Positions 10,658-20,413 are shown, numbered from the stretch's first letter. The stretch is 64,000 nucleotides of DNA from an uncultured Gemmatimonadales bacterium (GCA_963798085.1 CAWCRS010000007.1:416001-480000), one strand, 5' to 3'. The notes: a model not told the origin generated them from the sequence alone. Made by a program: numbers and translations.

Positions 10658-11359
10658 GTGAGGGTGGCGGAGGCAGAGACACAAGCGGGGCGGCGGGACT
10701 GGTTGCTCACGCTGCGGCAGTCTGCGCCGGTCGCATGGCGGGTGGCGCGCCGGCTGAAACCCACCCACGAGTTGCGCAGCCTGGAACAGCTGGACGACGA
10801 CTTCGTGCGCCGCGAGCACATCGCCGCTCTGCTGTGGGATGTGGACGGGACGCTCACCCATTATCATGCGCGGAAGCTGGCGCCCGAGGTGGAGGGCGCA
10901 GCCAGCCGCCTCTTTGCACTGCCCGGGTTGCGCCACGCAATCGTCTCCAATTGCGACGAGATCCGCTTCCAGCAACTGGGGGAAATGTTTCCTAATGTGC
11001 CGATCCTGAAACTGTACGACGACGGGGATCACCGGCTGGGACGCAGCCGGCTGCACGGAACGGATCACTGGACAGGCGACGCCGCTCTGACGGCGACCGG
11101 CGAGGAGCCACGATCGGCGGCGGGGCTGCGCCCGGTGCGCAAGCCAAGCGCCGAGCTGGTGCATTTCGCCCTGCGCGAACTGGAGGTGGAGCCATCGGCG
11201 GCCGTCATGGTGGGCGACCAGTACTGGACCGACGTGGCGGGGGCAAATCTGGCCGGTGTGCGCTCGGTCCGCATTCGCACCGTGGGCCGTCGGACGTTCC
11301 CTCGACCGCTGCGCTGGCTCCAGCGGGTCGAAGAGGGGCTGCGGCATGTCCTCGCGTGA
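10658..11359 (+). CDS. HAD subfamily IIIA phosphatase (YqeG/PGP-phosphatase-like)
   Basis: WDVDGTL, IVSN, RKP, MVGDQYWTDVAGANLAG. Confidence 0.8.
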   Translation: MRVAEAETQAGRRDWLLTLRQSAPVAWRVARRLKPTHELRSLEQLDDDFVRREHIAALLWDVDGTLTHYHARKLAPEVEGAASRLFALPGLRHAIVSNCDEIRFQQLGEMFPNVPILKLYDDGDHRLGRSRLHGTDHWTGDAALTATGEEPRSAAGLRPVRKPSAELVHFALRELEVEPSAAVMVGDQYWTDVAGANLAGVRSVRIRTVGRRTFPRPLRWLQRVEEGLRHVLA

Positions 11360-11480
11360 TGCACGGTTCCGACACCTGCCGGTTGTTCCGCTGGCCGGAT
11401 GCCGGGGTGCGGCGCGCAATGTGCAATAGCCCGGCTCGTCAGCGCCATCGGATTGCTGTCCGCGAAGGTGTTGCAGGCGC

Positions 11481-12224
11481 ATGAAAGCTGTGCTGACCTA
11501 CCATTCGGTGGATCGCTCGGGATCGGTGATCTCGGTCGAGCCGGAGACGTTCCGGCGCCACATGGAGTGGTTGGCGAAGAGCGGAATCGAGGTGTTGAGC
11601 CTCGAGTCGCTCGTCGGATCGCCGCCGGACAGGGATGCGCTGGCCATCACGTTCGATGACGGCTTCACGAATTTCGCGAAGCATGCCTGGCCTGTCCTCG
11701 AGAGTCTGCGTCTGCCGGCAACGCTGTTCGTCGCCACGGCACATGTGGGCGCCACGAATGCCTGGGAGGCGGGCGGAAGTGGCATCCCCGTCCAGCCACT
11801 GCTGGGCTGGGAGGAGCTGAGGGAGCTGGTCGCGTCAGGTCTGCGTCTGGGCTCGCACAGCGAGTCGCACGCGGATCTGCGCAGGCTCGGGCCGGCGCTG
11901 CTGATGCAGGAACTGGAAGCGTCCGCAGTGTGCATACGGAGGGAGACGGGAGTCGAGGCGACGGCGTTCGCCTATCCGTACGGCGCGCTGAATGACGTCG
12001 TCGTGCAGGCGGTGCATGCACGGTACCAACTGGCTGTTACCACGGAGTTCCGGTTGCTGCACGAGACCGAAGATGCGGCGAGGCTGCCTCGCCTGGACAC
12101 ATACTATTTCCGCAGCCCGGGACGGCTCGAGCAATGGGGCACACCAGCGTTCCGGCGGTTCATCGCGCTGCGTGGGAGACTTCGGCGCGCGCGCAGCATT
12201 CTACGCGAGGGGTTGAAGCGTTGA
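11481..12224 (+). CDS. Polysaccharide deacetylase (NodB homology)
   Basis: VLTYHSV, AITFDDGF, GSHSESH, FAYPYG. Confidence 0.9.
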   Translation: MKAVLTYHSVDRSGSVISVEPETFRRHMEWLAKSGIEVLSLESLVGSPPDRDALAITFDDGFTNFAKHAWPVLESLRLPATLFVATAHVGATNAWEAGGSGIPVQPLLGWEELRELVASGLRLGSHSESHADLRRLGPALLMQELEASAVCIRRETGVEATAFAYPYGALNDVVVQAVHARYQLAVTTEFRLLHETEDAARLPRLDTYYFRSPGRLEQWGTPAFRRFIALRGRLRRARSILREGLKR

Positions 12225-13408
12225 GCGTGACGAGACCGCGGTTGTCGGTGGTGGTTCCGGCACATCAGGGCGCGCAGGTGCTGCCGCTCTCGCTGTCGGC
12301 GCTGTTCCGCAGTGATCTGCCCAGAGAAATGTGGGAGCTGATCGTCGTCGACGACGCCAGCACCAATGAAACCGCGCTGGTTGCGGCGCGCTTCGCCGAT
12401 ACGGTGGTGCGCCTGCCGGGCCAGCCGGGCGGGCCCGCATATGCCCGTAACCGCGGATTCGAAGCGAGTCGCGGCGACATTGTCGCCTTCGTCAATGCGG
12501 ACGTGTGTGTGCACCGGGACACGCTGCGACGCATGGTTGCGCTGCTCGACCAGAACAGCGAGCTGAGCGCGGTATTCGGATCCTACGACTCGACGCCCAG
12601 CCACCCCACGCTGGTGTCCGAGTTCCGCAATCTGCTGCACCATTTCGTGCACCAGCGCGATGCCGGTGACGCGGAGACGTTCTGGGCCGGCTGTGGCGCC
12701 ATTCGCGCCAATGTCTTCCGTGAAGTGGGCATGTTCGACGAATGGCACTATCCGCGGCCGCAGATCGAGGACATCGAGCTGGGTCGCCGCATGCGCCTGC
12801 ACGGTCATCGCATCATGCTGCGCCCCGAGATCCAGGGCACGCACCTCAAGCGCTGGACGCTCAAGGACGTGATGACCACGGATTTCAAGCACCGCGGCGT
12901 TCCCTGGACGCGGCTGCTGCTGCAGGAGGGACCGGGTGGCTCGGTCAACGTGCTGAACATTCGTTCGTCGGAGAAGGTGTGCACCGCGCTGGCCGGCATG
13001 GTCTGGGTCTCACTGCTGAGTGCGCTGGTGCTGGCGAGCTGGTGGCCGCTGCTGGCACTGCCCGTGATCGCCACACTGATTGCCTTCCTCAACCGGCCGT
13101 TCTACCGGTTCATTGCCCGGGAGCGCGGTCTGCGGCTGATACCGGCGATGCTGCCGCTGCACATCATGTACTACGCCACCAACGTGATCTCCGTGATGAT
13201 TGGCTGGGTGCTGCACATCCTGCTGGGTGAGCCGCAGGCGCCGGTCAACGTGGTGGCGGGCGTGGGCATGGACTTCAAGACCTGGCCTCCGCGCCCATCG
13301 CGGCCCCGGTCCGGTGTGTGGAGCCACGTTCAGCACGAAGCAAAGCCGGACGCGACGGCGGCCCCCGGCCACATTCGCAGCGCGGTCGCGGTTCAGCCTC
13401 AGGCGTGA
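12221..13408 (+). CDS. Glycosyltransferase family 2 with C-terminal TM segments
   Basis: LSVVVPAH, IVVDDAST, GPAYARNRG, FVNAD, IEDIELG; TTG start overlapping the upstream stop. Confidence 0.88.
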   Translation: MSVTRPRLSVVVPAHQGAQVLPLSLSALFRSDLPREMWELIVVDDASTNETALVAARFADTVVRLPGQPGGPAYARNRGFEASRGDIVAFVNADVCVHRDTLRRMVALLDQNSELSAVFGSYDSTPSHPTLVSEFRNLLHHFVHQRDAGDAETFWAGCGAIRANVFREVGMFDEWHYPRPQIEDIELGRRMRLHGHRIMLRPEIQGTHLKRWTLKDVMTTDFKHRGVPWTRLLLQEGPGGSVNVLNIRSSEKVCTALAGMVWVSLLSALVLASWWPLLALPVIATLIAFLNRPFYRFIARERGLRLIPAMLPLHIMYYATNVISVMIGWVLHILLGEPQAPVNVVAGVGMDFKTWPPRPSRPRSGVWSHVQHEAKPDATAAPGHIRSAVAVQPQA

Positions 13409-13457
13409 ACCGAACCCGTCCCGCCCGTCGCGGCACCGAACAGCGAGAACGCATCCC

Positions 13458-16400
13458 ATGAAGGCAGTTCTATCCATCCCGTGCGCACTGCGCAGGGCGT
13501 TTTCTCCTGACATTTGGTTAGTGCTGACTGCTGTCCTGCTGCTCTCCGCACCGGCCCTGCCGGCCGCGGCGCAGACGCTGTCGGCGGGTGTGCTGCAGGG
13601 CACCGTGCTCGACTCGCTGGGCGCGCCCCTCTACAACGTCACCGTGACCATCACCAGCCGGTCCAACGGACAGCGCTCCACCGTGCGCACCGACCACGAG
13701 GGACTCTACGCCAGCGAGCTGCTCACTCCGGGTCATTACGACGCACTGTTCGAGCGCCTCGGCTTTGTGCCGGAGCGTGTCGAGGACGTGCTGGTCGTGG
13801 CCGGCGGCAGGCGCAACCTGGGCGTCACGCTGAACCTGGCGCACGGCCCGGTGCAGAGCCGGCGCACGCGGGCGCCTAACGCACTGTTGTCGCTCTCCGG
13901 CCCATCGGCGCCCGACCACTGGCTGGTGAGCGGCGCGAATATCGCCGCCATGCCCTTCGACGGCCTGGGCCTCAATGGTCTCTTCCACACCGCCAGCCTG
14001 GCGGGGGCGCATCACGATGTGGCGGGTCTGCCCGGATCCATGTCCGGCCTCGTCGTCGACGGCGTGCCCCTGGTCCAGCGCGGCCGCCGCTTCGAGCAGT
14101 TCATGCACCAGGCGAGTCTGCCGCTGGCATGGCTCGGTCAGGTGGGCCTGGAGATCAACAACGCGGACGTCGAATACCCGGGTGCCGCCGGCGGCTATAT
14201 CATCGGCCATTCGCGGCGCGGCGGCCGGGAAGCGGGACTGAGCGCCTTCGGTGATTACGCGGGCAGCTCGCTCGTGTCGGGAGCCGCGGACCTGCCCAGC
14301 TTCACCGGCTATCGCGCCGGCGGGTTGCTGGAGGGACCGATCGTACGGGACACAGCGAGCTTCGTTGCGGGTGGCGAAGTGCTGCGTTCGCGAACGCCGT
14401 TCAATGCCTTCTGGACGGCTGATGCGCAGAGTGCGATGGCGGCGAAAGCCGCCCTCGATCACTCCAGTATCGCGCTGACCCGCTACACGCAGCCGGATGC
14501 GGCGGTGCTCGACCGCGAGTCCGTCTTCGGCCGCATGGATCTGCGGCTGGGTGATAACACCACCATCAGCGGGCGTGGCTTTTTCGCGCAGACTCCCGAG
14601 CCCGAGCCGGTGGCGCCATGGACGGAAACGGCGCTGCGCTCGCCCATCACGGGCCGGCAGCGCGAAATCCTGGGAACCGCGACCCTGGTGACCCGGCTGG
14701 AAGACCGCTACACGGGCGAGCTGTCAGCGGGGTTCGAATCGTCGCACAACGGGCAGCGCCCTTCGGCCGACCGCCACAATGCGCTCCCCGCCACCACCAT
14801 CGTGTCCGCGGGACGCAGCTTCGGCTCCTCCGATAACGCGGACTTCGACGCGCAGCTGTCATCGCTCTACGTACGCGGTATGCTGCACATCCGTTCGGGC
14901 GCGCACTGGCGCAAGATCGGTATCAGCGCATCGCTCCCGAGCTATCACGTTCCGGATGTCGTCGACCGCGCCGGTGAATTCACCTTTGCCGATACCGCCG
15001 ACCTGGCGTCCGGCTTCGGCTATTTCCGCCGCGTCAATGGCGCGGTCAATCGCGCTGACTTCAAGATGCGCCGCGTGGGCATCATGGCGCAGGATGTCTG
15101 GCGTCCCAATCCCGGGCTGGAGGTGCTGGCGGCGGGACGCATCACGTCGTTCCGCCTGCCCGACTCCTCGAACATTGATCCATCGCCGGAGTGGTCCCGC
15201 CTGGCGGCCATGAGCAACCGCTCGACAGGCGGGCGGCAGGTCGAATTCGAGCCGCGCTTCGTCATCACGCTCACGCCGGGGGGGCGCGAGGACTGGCAAA
15301 TGCGCACGGGTGTCATGGTGGACGCGGACATGCCGGACCCCGCGTATGTGGCCGAAGTGGTGAGCAATCACGGCACCGCAACGTCGCGCGTGGGCTACGG
15401 CTCGCTGGGTGTCTGGCCCAAACTGCCTGTTACGGCGGCAGCGCCCATCAATGGCTTCGTCCTGTCCGTCATCGGACCGAAATACCAGGGTCCGCGCACC
15501 ACGCGTGCCTTCGGCTCGCTGACGCGGCTGTTCGGCGCGCAGGGCGGACTCACAGTCGAGTTCGACTATCGACGCACCGAGTTCCTGCCCGAGCGCATCG
15601 ACCTCAATCTCACGCCATCGGTGACCGGCCACGATCAGTTCGGCCGCCCGCTGTTCGGCCAGCTGGACAAGCGCGGCGCCATGCTCACGGCCAGCCGCGG
15701 CTCCAACCGTCGCTTCGACACGTTCGACCAGGTGTGGGGCATTCAGTCGACGGCGGAATCGCGCTACACCGGATTCACGGTGATCCTGGAGCGACCGCTG
15801 AATGGCGCGCTCGCACTCTATGGCAGCTACACGTACTCGCGGACGAATGATAACTGGCTGTCAGGTGCGCCCGGCGACCCGTACTCCCAGCTGACTCCCT
15901 TCCCGGACAGTGCGCTGGAGACCGACTGGAAGGATGGCCGGTCGGATTTCGACGTGCCGAACCGGGCCACGCTGGGCGCCGAGCTGCACCTGCCGGGCGC
16001 ACTCTCGCCTTCCGTCGCCGCGCTGTTCCGTTATCAGTCGGGATACCCGTTCACGCCGGGATTCCGGCCGGGAGTGGATGCCAACGGCGACGGCTCTTCC
16101 AGCAACGATCCCGCGTTCATTGACGGGTCGGTCAGCGGCATGTCGGAGCTGCTGGCGAAGTGGCCCTGTCTGCAGGCAGACCAGGGCACGTACGCGACGC
16201 GCAACAGCTGTCGCACGCCCAACCTGTTGAGCCTGGACGGCAGGTTTTCCATGACCTTCCACAGCACGGCGAGGTATGCGGCTTCGCTGGTCGTGGATGC
16301 GCTGCACCTGATCGCGACGAAGGACGGGGAGCCGGATCGCGCCGTCTACCTGCTGGATCCGGCGGCAAATCTCAGCGTCGATGGCTCCGGCAACGTCACT

Positions 16401-16493
16401 GTCCCGCTCGTGGCCAATCCTGATTTCGGGCAGCTGGTGACACGTTTTACTGCGGAGCGGCAACTGCGACTCGGTCTGCGGGTGAGCTTCTGA
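13458..16493 (+). CDS. TonB-dependent outer-membrane receptor with carboxypeptidase-regulatory-like N-terminal domain
   Basis: Signal peptide (PAAAQ), GVLQGTVLDSLGAPL...VTIT, beta-barrel pattern, SYTYSRT, C-terminal RLGLRVSF. Confidence 0.85.
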   Translation: MKAVLSIPCALRRAFSPDIWLVLTAVLLLSAPALPAAAQTLSAGVLQGTVLDSLGAPLYNVTVTITSRSNGQRSTVRTDHEGLYASELLTPGHYDALFERLGFVPERVEDVLVVAGGRRNLGVTLNLAHGPVQSRRTRAPNALLSLSGPSAPDHWLVSGANIAAMPFDGLGLNGLFHTASLAGAHHDVAGLPGSMSGLVVDGVPLVQRGRRFEQFMHQASLPLAWLGQVGLEINNADVEYPGAAGGYIIGHSRRGGREAGLSAFGDYAGSSLVSGAADLPSFTGYRAGGLLEGPIVRDTASFVAGGEVLRSRTPFNAFWTADAQSAMAAKAALDHSSIALTRYTQPDAAVLDRESVFGRMDLRLGDNTTISGRGFFAQTPEPEPVAPWTETALRSPITGRQREILGTATLVTRLEDRYTGELSAGFESSHNGQRPSADRHNALPATTIVSAGRSFGSSDNADFDAQLSSLYVRGMLHIRSGAHWRKIGISASLPSYHVPDVVDRAGEFTFADTADLASGFGYFRRVNGAVNRADFKMRRVGIMAQDVWRPNPGLEVLAAGRITSFRLPDSSNIDPSPEWSRLAAMSNRSTGGRQVEFEPRFVITLTPGGREDWQMRTGVMVDADMPDPAYVAEVVSNHGTATSRVGYGSLGVWPKLPVTAAAPINGFVLSVIGPKYQGPRTTRAFGSLTRLFGAQGGLTVEFDYRRTEFLPERIDLNLTPSVTGHDQFGRPLFGQLDKRGAMLTASRGSNRRFDTFDQVWGIQSTAESRYTGFTVILERPLNGALALYGSYTYSRTNDNWLSGAPGDPYSQLTPFPDSALETDWKDGRSDFDVPNRATLGAELHLPGALSPSVAALFRYQSGYPFTPGFRPGVDANGDGSSSNDPAFIDGSVSGMSELLAKWPCLQADQGTYATRNSCRTPNLLSLDGRFSMTFHSTARYAASLVVDALHLIATKDGEPDRAVYLLDPAANLSVDGSGNVTVPLVANPDFGQLVTRFTAERQLRLGLRVSF

Positions 16494-17494
16494 TGATGCG
16501 CTGCAAGGTTTCTCTCCGGACGGTGCTGTCGCGGGCCTGCCTGCTGACCACGATCGTGGCCGGCGCCTGCACTTCGACGGCTTCTGATCATTTGTTGTCG
16601 CTCAATGCGCAGGGTCTCGTGTTCATCCAGCTGTATCGCGACGACAATCGCAATCTCGTGTTCAACCCGGGCGTCGACTCCGTTGTGCGGCGCGCCGTCG
16701 TCAGTCTGCGGATGCGTGGCGCCCTGGACACACTGGCCGGGGCCCCTACCGACTCGGCGGGACACCAGGTGTTCCGCGTCCCCGTGGGCCGCTACAGCGT
16801 GGTGGTGGATAGTGCCGTGTTAAGTGATTCCCTGGAGGTGGTGTCGGGGAGCGGCGAATTCACTCTGGGTGCGGACGACAGCATCTTCGTCGCCCTGGGT
16901 CTCGGCTTCCATACGATTTCCATCGCGGAAGCGAGGGCATTGCCCCTCGGCAAGAAGGCGTGGGTGCACGGCATTGTCATGAACCAGCCCGGCACGTTCG
17001 GCGACAGCACCATGCATCTCCTGGAGGACAGCGTGGGCATCCGCTTCACCTCCGTGCGTCCCAATCTGAGCGCGTTGCCCGGCGACAGCGGCGCCTTCTT
17101 CGGCCGGCGCGCCGTGCGCGACGGACAGCCGGTGATGCAGTGGGTGATCACGCCCTCGCTCACCATCTTTCCGACGAATCCGCTGCCGCCCGACTCCATC
17201 ACATCGGCGGCCGCCCTCACGGCGGATGGGGGCAAGCGCGATGCCCGCCTGGTGAAGATTACCGGCGCGACCATCTCCGACACGACTACGACCGCGGGCA
17301 ACAAGGTCCTTACCGTCAGCGACGGATCGGGATCTGTCAGCGTCGTGCTCTCGCAAAGCATCGCTTTCACACTCACGCTGTACAAACCCAACGTGTACCT
17401 CGACGTCATTGGGCTGCTCGCGCCCGACCCCGCGAATCCCGGGACGTGGTATATCCGGCCACGGGGAAGGACGGATCTGGTAATCCGACCGTAG
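16493..17494 (+). CDS. Lipoprotein with SdrD-B-like Ig domain and probable tandem OB-fold domains
   Basis: Lipobox VAGAC; LYRDDNRN; TISIAEAR...VHGIV; coupled to the receptor gene by a TGATG overlap. Confidence 0.6.
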   Translation: MMRCKVSLRTVLSRACLLTTIVAGACTSTASDHLLSLNAQGLVFIQLYRDDNRNLVFNPGVDSVVRRAVVSLRMRGALDTLAGAPTDSAGHQVFRVPVGRYSVVVDSAVLSDSLEVVSGSGEFTLGADDSIFVALGLGFHTISIAEARALPLGKKAWVHGIVMNQPGTFGDSTMHLLEDSVGIRFTSVRPNLSALPGDSGAFFGRRAVRDGQPVMQWVITPSLTIFPTNPLPPDSITSAAALTADGGKRDARLVKITGATISDTTTTAGNKVLTVSDGSGSVSVVLSQSIAFTLTLYKPNVYLDVIGLLAPDPANPGTWYIRPRGRTDLVIRP

Positions 17495-17577
17495 CCCGCC
17501 ATTATTCAAGATGACATCGGGCGCCGTCTGCATCGCAGGCGGCGCCCGCACTGATGCCCAGCTCCGGACACAAATCC

Positions 17578-17901
17578 ATGCTGCGTCCGCTCATCCTGTT
17601 GTCGATGCTGTGCGCCGCGTGCGCGCCGCCTGTCGGTGACACCGCCGTGCGCCCTCCCGGTCAGCTGGATCCGGCCGTGGTTGCACTCGTCGACAGCGCG
17701 GCCGATGCCTATCGTGCGGGTGACTACCAGGAGGCGCGTGATCGCTTTCACATTGCGGCCCAGCGGGACACGTCTTTGGCGGCGTCCTGGTTTGGCCTTT
17801 TCATGACGGAACGCGCGCTGGGGAATCGCGAAGCTGCGGACAGCGCTTTGCGTCGGGCGCGTCGCCTGGCCGATGCGCCAGGCCGCGGTCGGGCTCCCTG
17901 A
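17578..17901 (+). CDS. Small TPR-like lipoprotein
   Basis: LCAAC lipobox; AYRAGDYQEA...AASWFGL...LGNREAA helical TPR pattern. Confidence 0.6.
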   Translation: MLRPLILLSMLCAACAPPVGDTAVRPPGQLDPAVVALVDSAADAYRAGDYQEARDRFHIAAQRDTSLAASWFGLFMTERALGNREAADSALRRARRLADAPGRGRAP

Positions 17902-17985
17902 TGAACGACCGCAACCTGCCCGGGTTTGCACCCGGAAGCGCAGTGCGCACAAGCTGCCCCGTATCGTGCGACTGAATCGCCCCCG

Positions 17986-19083
17986 ATGACACCGCAGTCG
18001 ATCGCGTTCTTCGCTGCGGGACTGATCCTGCTGCTGGTGGGCGCCGAACTGATGGTGCGCGGCGCATCCCGCCTGGCCGCGGCGTTCGGTGTTTCCGCGC
18101 TGGTCGTTGGATTGACCATCGTCGCCTACGGCACTGGATCGCCGGAGTTTGCCGTGGGCGTGCGGGCCGCGCTCGCGGGCGAGTCCGACCTCGCCGTGGG
18201 CAATGTGGTGGGCAGCAACATCTTCAACATCCTGTTCATCCTCGGGCTTTCCGCGCTGGTGCGTCCGCTCATCGTGCACGCGCAGCTCATCCGGCTCGAT
18301 GTTCCCGTGATGATCCTTGCCAGCGGGCTGCTCTACTTCCTCGCGCTGGACGGCCGCATCGATCGTCTCAATGGCGCACTGCTGCTATTCTGCATGATCG
18401 CGTACACCGGTCTGCAGATCCGCATCGGGACGCGACAGCGAGCCGCGCAGCGAGACCACAATGCGGCGCGTCGCAGACTCAGCGTGCCTCGCATCGCATG
18501 GCAGTGCTGCATGATCATCGCGGGGCTCGGGATGCTGGTAGTGGGCTCGGGCTGGCTGGTGGATGGTGCTGTGGAACTGGCGACGACGCTCGGCGTGGAT
18601 CAACTCGTGATCGGACTCACCATCGTGGCCGCCGGCACCTCGCTTCCGGAGGCCGCGACGTCGTTGATTGCAGGGCTGCGCGGCGAACGCGACATCGCAG
18701 TCGGCAATGTGGTGGGCAGCAACATCTCGAACATCTTCGGCGTGCTGGGCGCCGCAGCGCTGGTCTCACCGCACGGTCTCACAGTCGCGTTCAAGGCCGG
18801 CAATTTCGACATCCCGGTAATGGCGGTCGTGGCGGTCGGCTGCCTGCCGCTGTTCTTCGCACGCGGCCGCATCGGACGACCCGAGGGCTTCCTGCTGTTA
18901 GCCTACTGGGTGGGCTACACTGCGTATGTCGTGCACATGGCGACGCGCCATCCCAATGTGCTCGAGCTCCGGCATGGCATTACCGCGTTCGTGCTGCCGC
19001 TGGTGGCGCTCACGATGATCGTGGTGATGGCGCAGGGTCGCGACCGCCGCGGCGATAGCGAAAGTGATGACACGTCAGGGTGA
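17986..19083 (+). CDS. Calcium/sodium antiporter (YrbG/CaCA family)
   Basis: Two alpha repeats GTGSPE...GNVVGSNIFN and GTSLPE...GNVVGSNISN. Confidence 0.92.
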   Translation: MTPQSIAFFAAGLILLLVGAELMVRGASRLAAAFGVSALVVGLTIVAYGTGSPEFAVGVRAALAGESDLAVGNVVGSNIFNILFILGLSALVRPLIVHAQLIRLDVPVMILASGLLYFLALDGRIDRLNGALLLFCMIAYTGLQIRIGTRQRAAQRDHNAARRRLSVPRIAWQCCMIIAGLGMLVVGSGWLVDGAVELATTLGVDQLVIGLTIVAAGTSLPEAATSLIAGLRGERDIAVGNVVGSNISNIFGVLGAAALVSPHGLTVAFKAGNFDIPVMAVVAVGCLPLFFARGRIGRPEGFLLLAYWVGYTAYVVHMATRHPNVLELRHGITAFVLPLVALTMIVVMAQGRDRRGDSESDDTSG

Positions 19084-19284
19084 CCTTCCGTCGCGGTCAC
19101 GCACATCGACGGCCGCTGAGCGGTGGCAACCGGGACAGACCGCCCACACGCGTCTCCGCACGTAGGACACCTGGCGACTCGGCGGCACATCGCTGAGGGT
19201 CAATCGCGCTCCACAGGCAGGGCAGACCACCGCATCACGGTGTTCCCCCGCGGCGAGGTCCGCTGCCAGCCGGCGCCGCTGCAT
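19075..19284 (-). CDS. Small zinc-ribbon protein
   Basis: CPACG...WAVCPGCHRS Cys pairs; directly downstream of 19302-19922; start uncertain. Confidence 0.6.
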   Translation of the reverse strand: MQRRRLAADLAAGEHRDAVVCPACGARLTLSDVPPSRQVSYVRRRVWAVCPGCHRSAAVDVRDRDGRSP

Positions 19285-19301
19285 GACGGTGTAACTCTCT
19301 G

Positions 19302-19922
19302 TCAGGCGGCCGCCTTGCGCTCGTGGACCCGCGCCCGCCGATCCCATAGCCGTTGCGAGTGTCGGGCGCTTTGCTCCGCGGCCGAGCGCGCGATCGCCCG
19401 GCACACACGCGCCGCCTCCGCATGCCATGCGTGGGCGCGGGCGATCTGGTACGCGGTCCTCTGCAACGCGAAGGCGCCCTGTGTGTGGCCTGCTTCGAGG
19501 GCGGCGGCGGCGGCGCCGGCCAGGCAGGAAATGGCGGCTTGCCTGACGTCGCCTTCCGCTGTGACGGCGGCCAGCACGCCGGTGAGCCAGCGGCGTTCAG
19601 CAAGGTTCGGCAGCGTGCGCAGCCAGGCCTCTGCCGCAGCACGCTCGATTTCCGGATCAATGGCGTCCCACAGATCGAAGCCGGCGTGCGCCGCGACGCG
19701 CAATACCTGGTAACGCGCCACGATCTGCAGGCTCTCCTGTCGGCTGCAGTGCGCTGCCAGGTCCTCCAGCACCGACTCACCCACGAAGAGCTCGAATGTC
19801 TGCTCCCATAGTTCAGGCGTGCGCTCATAACGTCGAGGCTCGATTGCCGGCCCCGAGCGCGCCGGCCAGACCACGTCGTGCCCTCCCGGCTTCCCGTCGA
19901 ACGGCAGTTGAAGCTCTCCCAT
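19302..19922 (-). CDS. Hypothetical alpha-helical protein
   Basis: AAGGAGG RBS before ATG 19922 (MGELQLPFDG...); protein-like composition only from this start. Confidence 0.65.
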   Translation of the reverse strand: MGELQLPFDGKPGGHDVVWPARSGPAIEPRRYERTPELWEQTFELFVGESVLEDLAAHCSRQESLQIVARYQVLRVAAHAGFDLWDAIDPEIERAAAEAWLRTLPNLAERRWLTGVLAAVTAEGDVRQAAISCLAGAAAAALEAGHTQGAFALQRTAYQIARAHAWHAEAARVCRAIARSAAEQSARHSQRLWDRRARVHERKAAA

Positions 19923-20019
19923 TTCAGCCTCCTTCCCCGGTTCCCCTCCGCCCCTGGCGAGGCAAGATGCTGTCGATCTGTGCTGAGGTCCATGGAGGGA
20001 TGGGACGGATTTGAGGCGT

Positions 20020-20239
20020 CGGACCGTCTTGGCGTTCTTGGGTTTGTCCAACGCAACCATGGGTGCAGACCCTGGAGCGTCCTCACGCGAAATGCCATTG
20101 CCTCGACCTGCCATGGAGTCGCGCCGCGCCGCTGCTAACTTCACGTTGGAGCAATGGGAAAAGCCTGGCAGATTTCGCTCCCCACCAAGGCCGTACGATA
20201 GCAGAAAGGCGCACAACCCAAGAACGCCAAGACGGTCCG
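20020..20239. repeat. Perfect 25-bp inverted repeat enclosing 170 bp
   Basis: 20020-20044 CGGACCGTCTTGGCGTTCTTGGGTT is the exact reverse complement of 20215-20239 AACCCAAGAACGCCAAGACGGTCCG. Confidence 0.95.
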
Positions 20240-20413
20240 GTGCGCTATATCGCACCAACCATCCCGACATCCGCTGTGACCGCTTGAGTTTGGCCGCTGA
20301 CAACACCGCCGGCAGGAAGCCGGAGTGGCGTACCACAGGGAGAGCCACTGGCGTGCGCCCGTTCCGCGCGGCTGCCTGGCGCGCCGCCGCGCGAGCGCCT
20401 GCGGCGGCCCGCG

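Noticed and set aside
20020..20239. Retron msr-msd with a1/a2 inverted repeats
   Set aside because: No reverse transcriptase (YADD with RT motifs) in the window; the YADD at the start of the Mo subunit is the normal xanthine-dehydrogenase-family motif
19923..20348. N-terminal extension of ORF 19302-20348
   Set aside because: Crosses the inverted-repeat element, has non-protein-like composition, and a strong RBS sits at the internal ATG 19922
20150..20360. Cobalamin riboswitch suggested by GGGAA and GCCACTG
   Set aside because: The other conserved elements and spacing are missing, and there is no downstream gene on that strand
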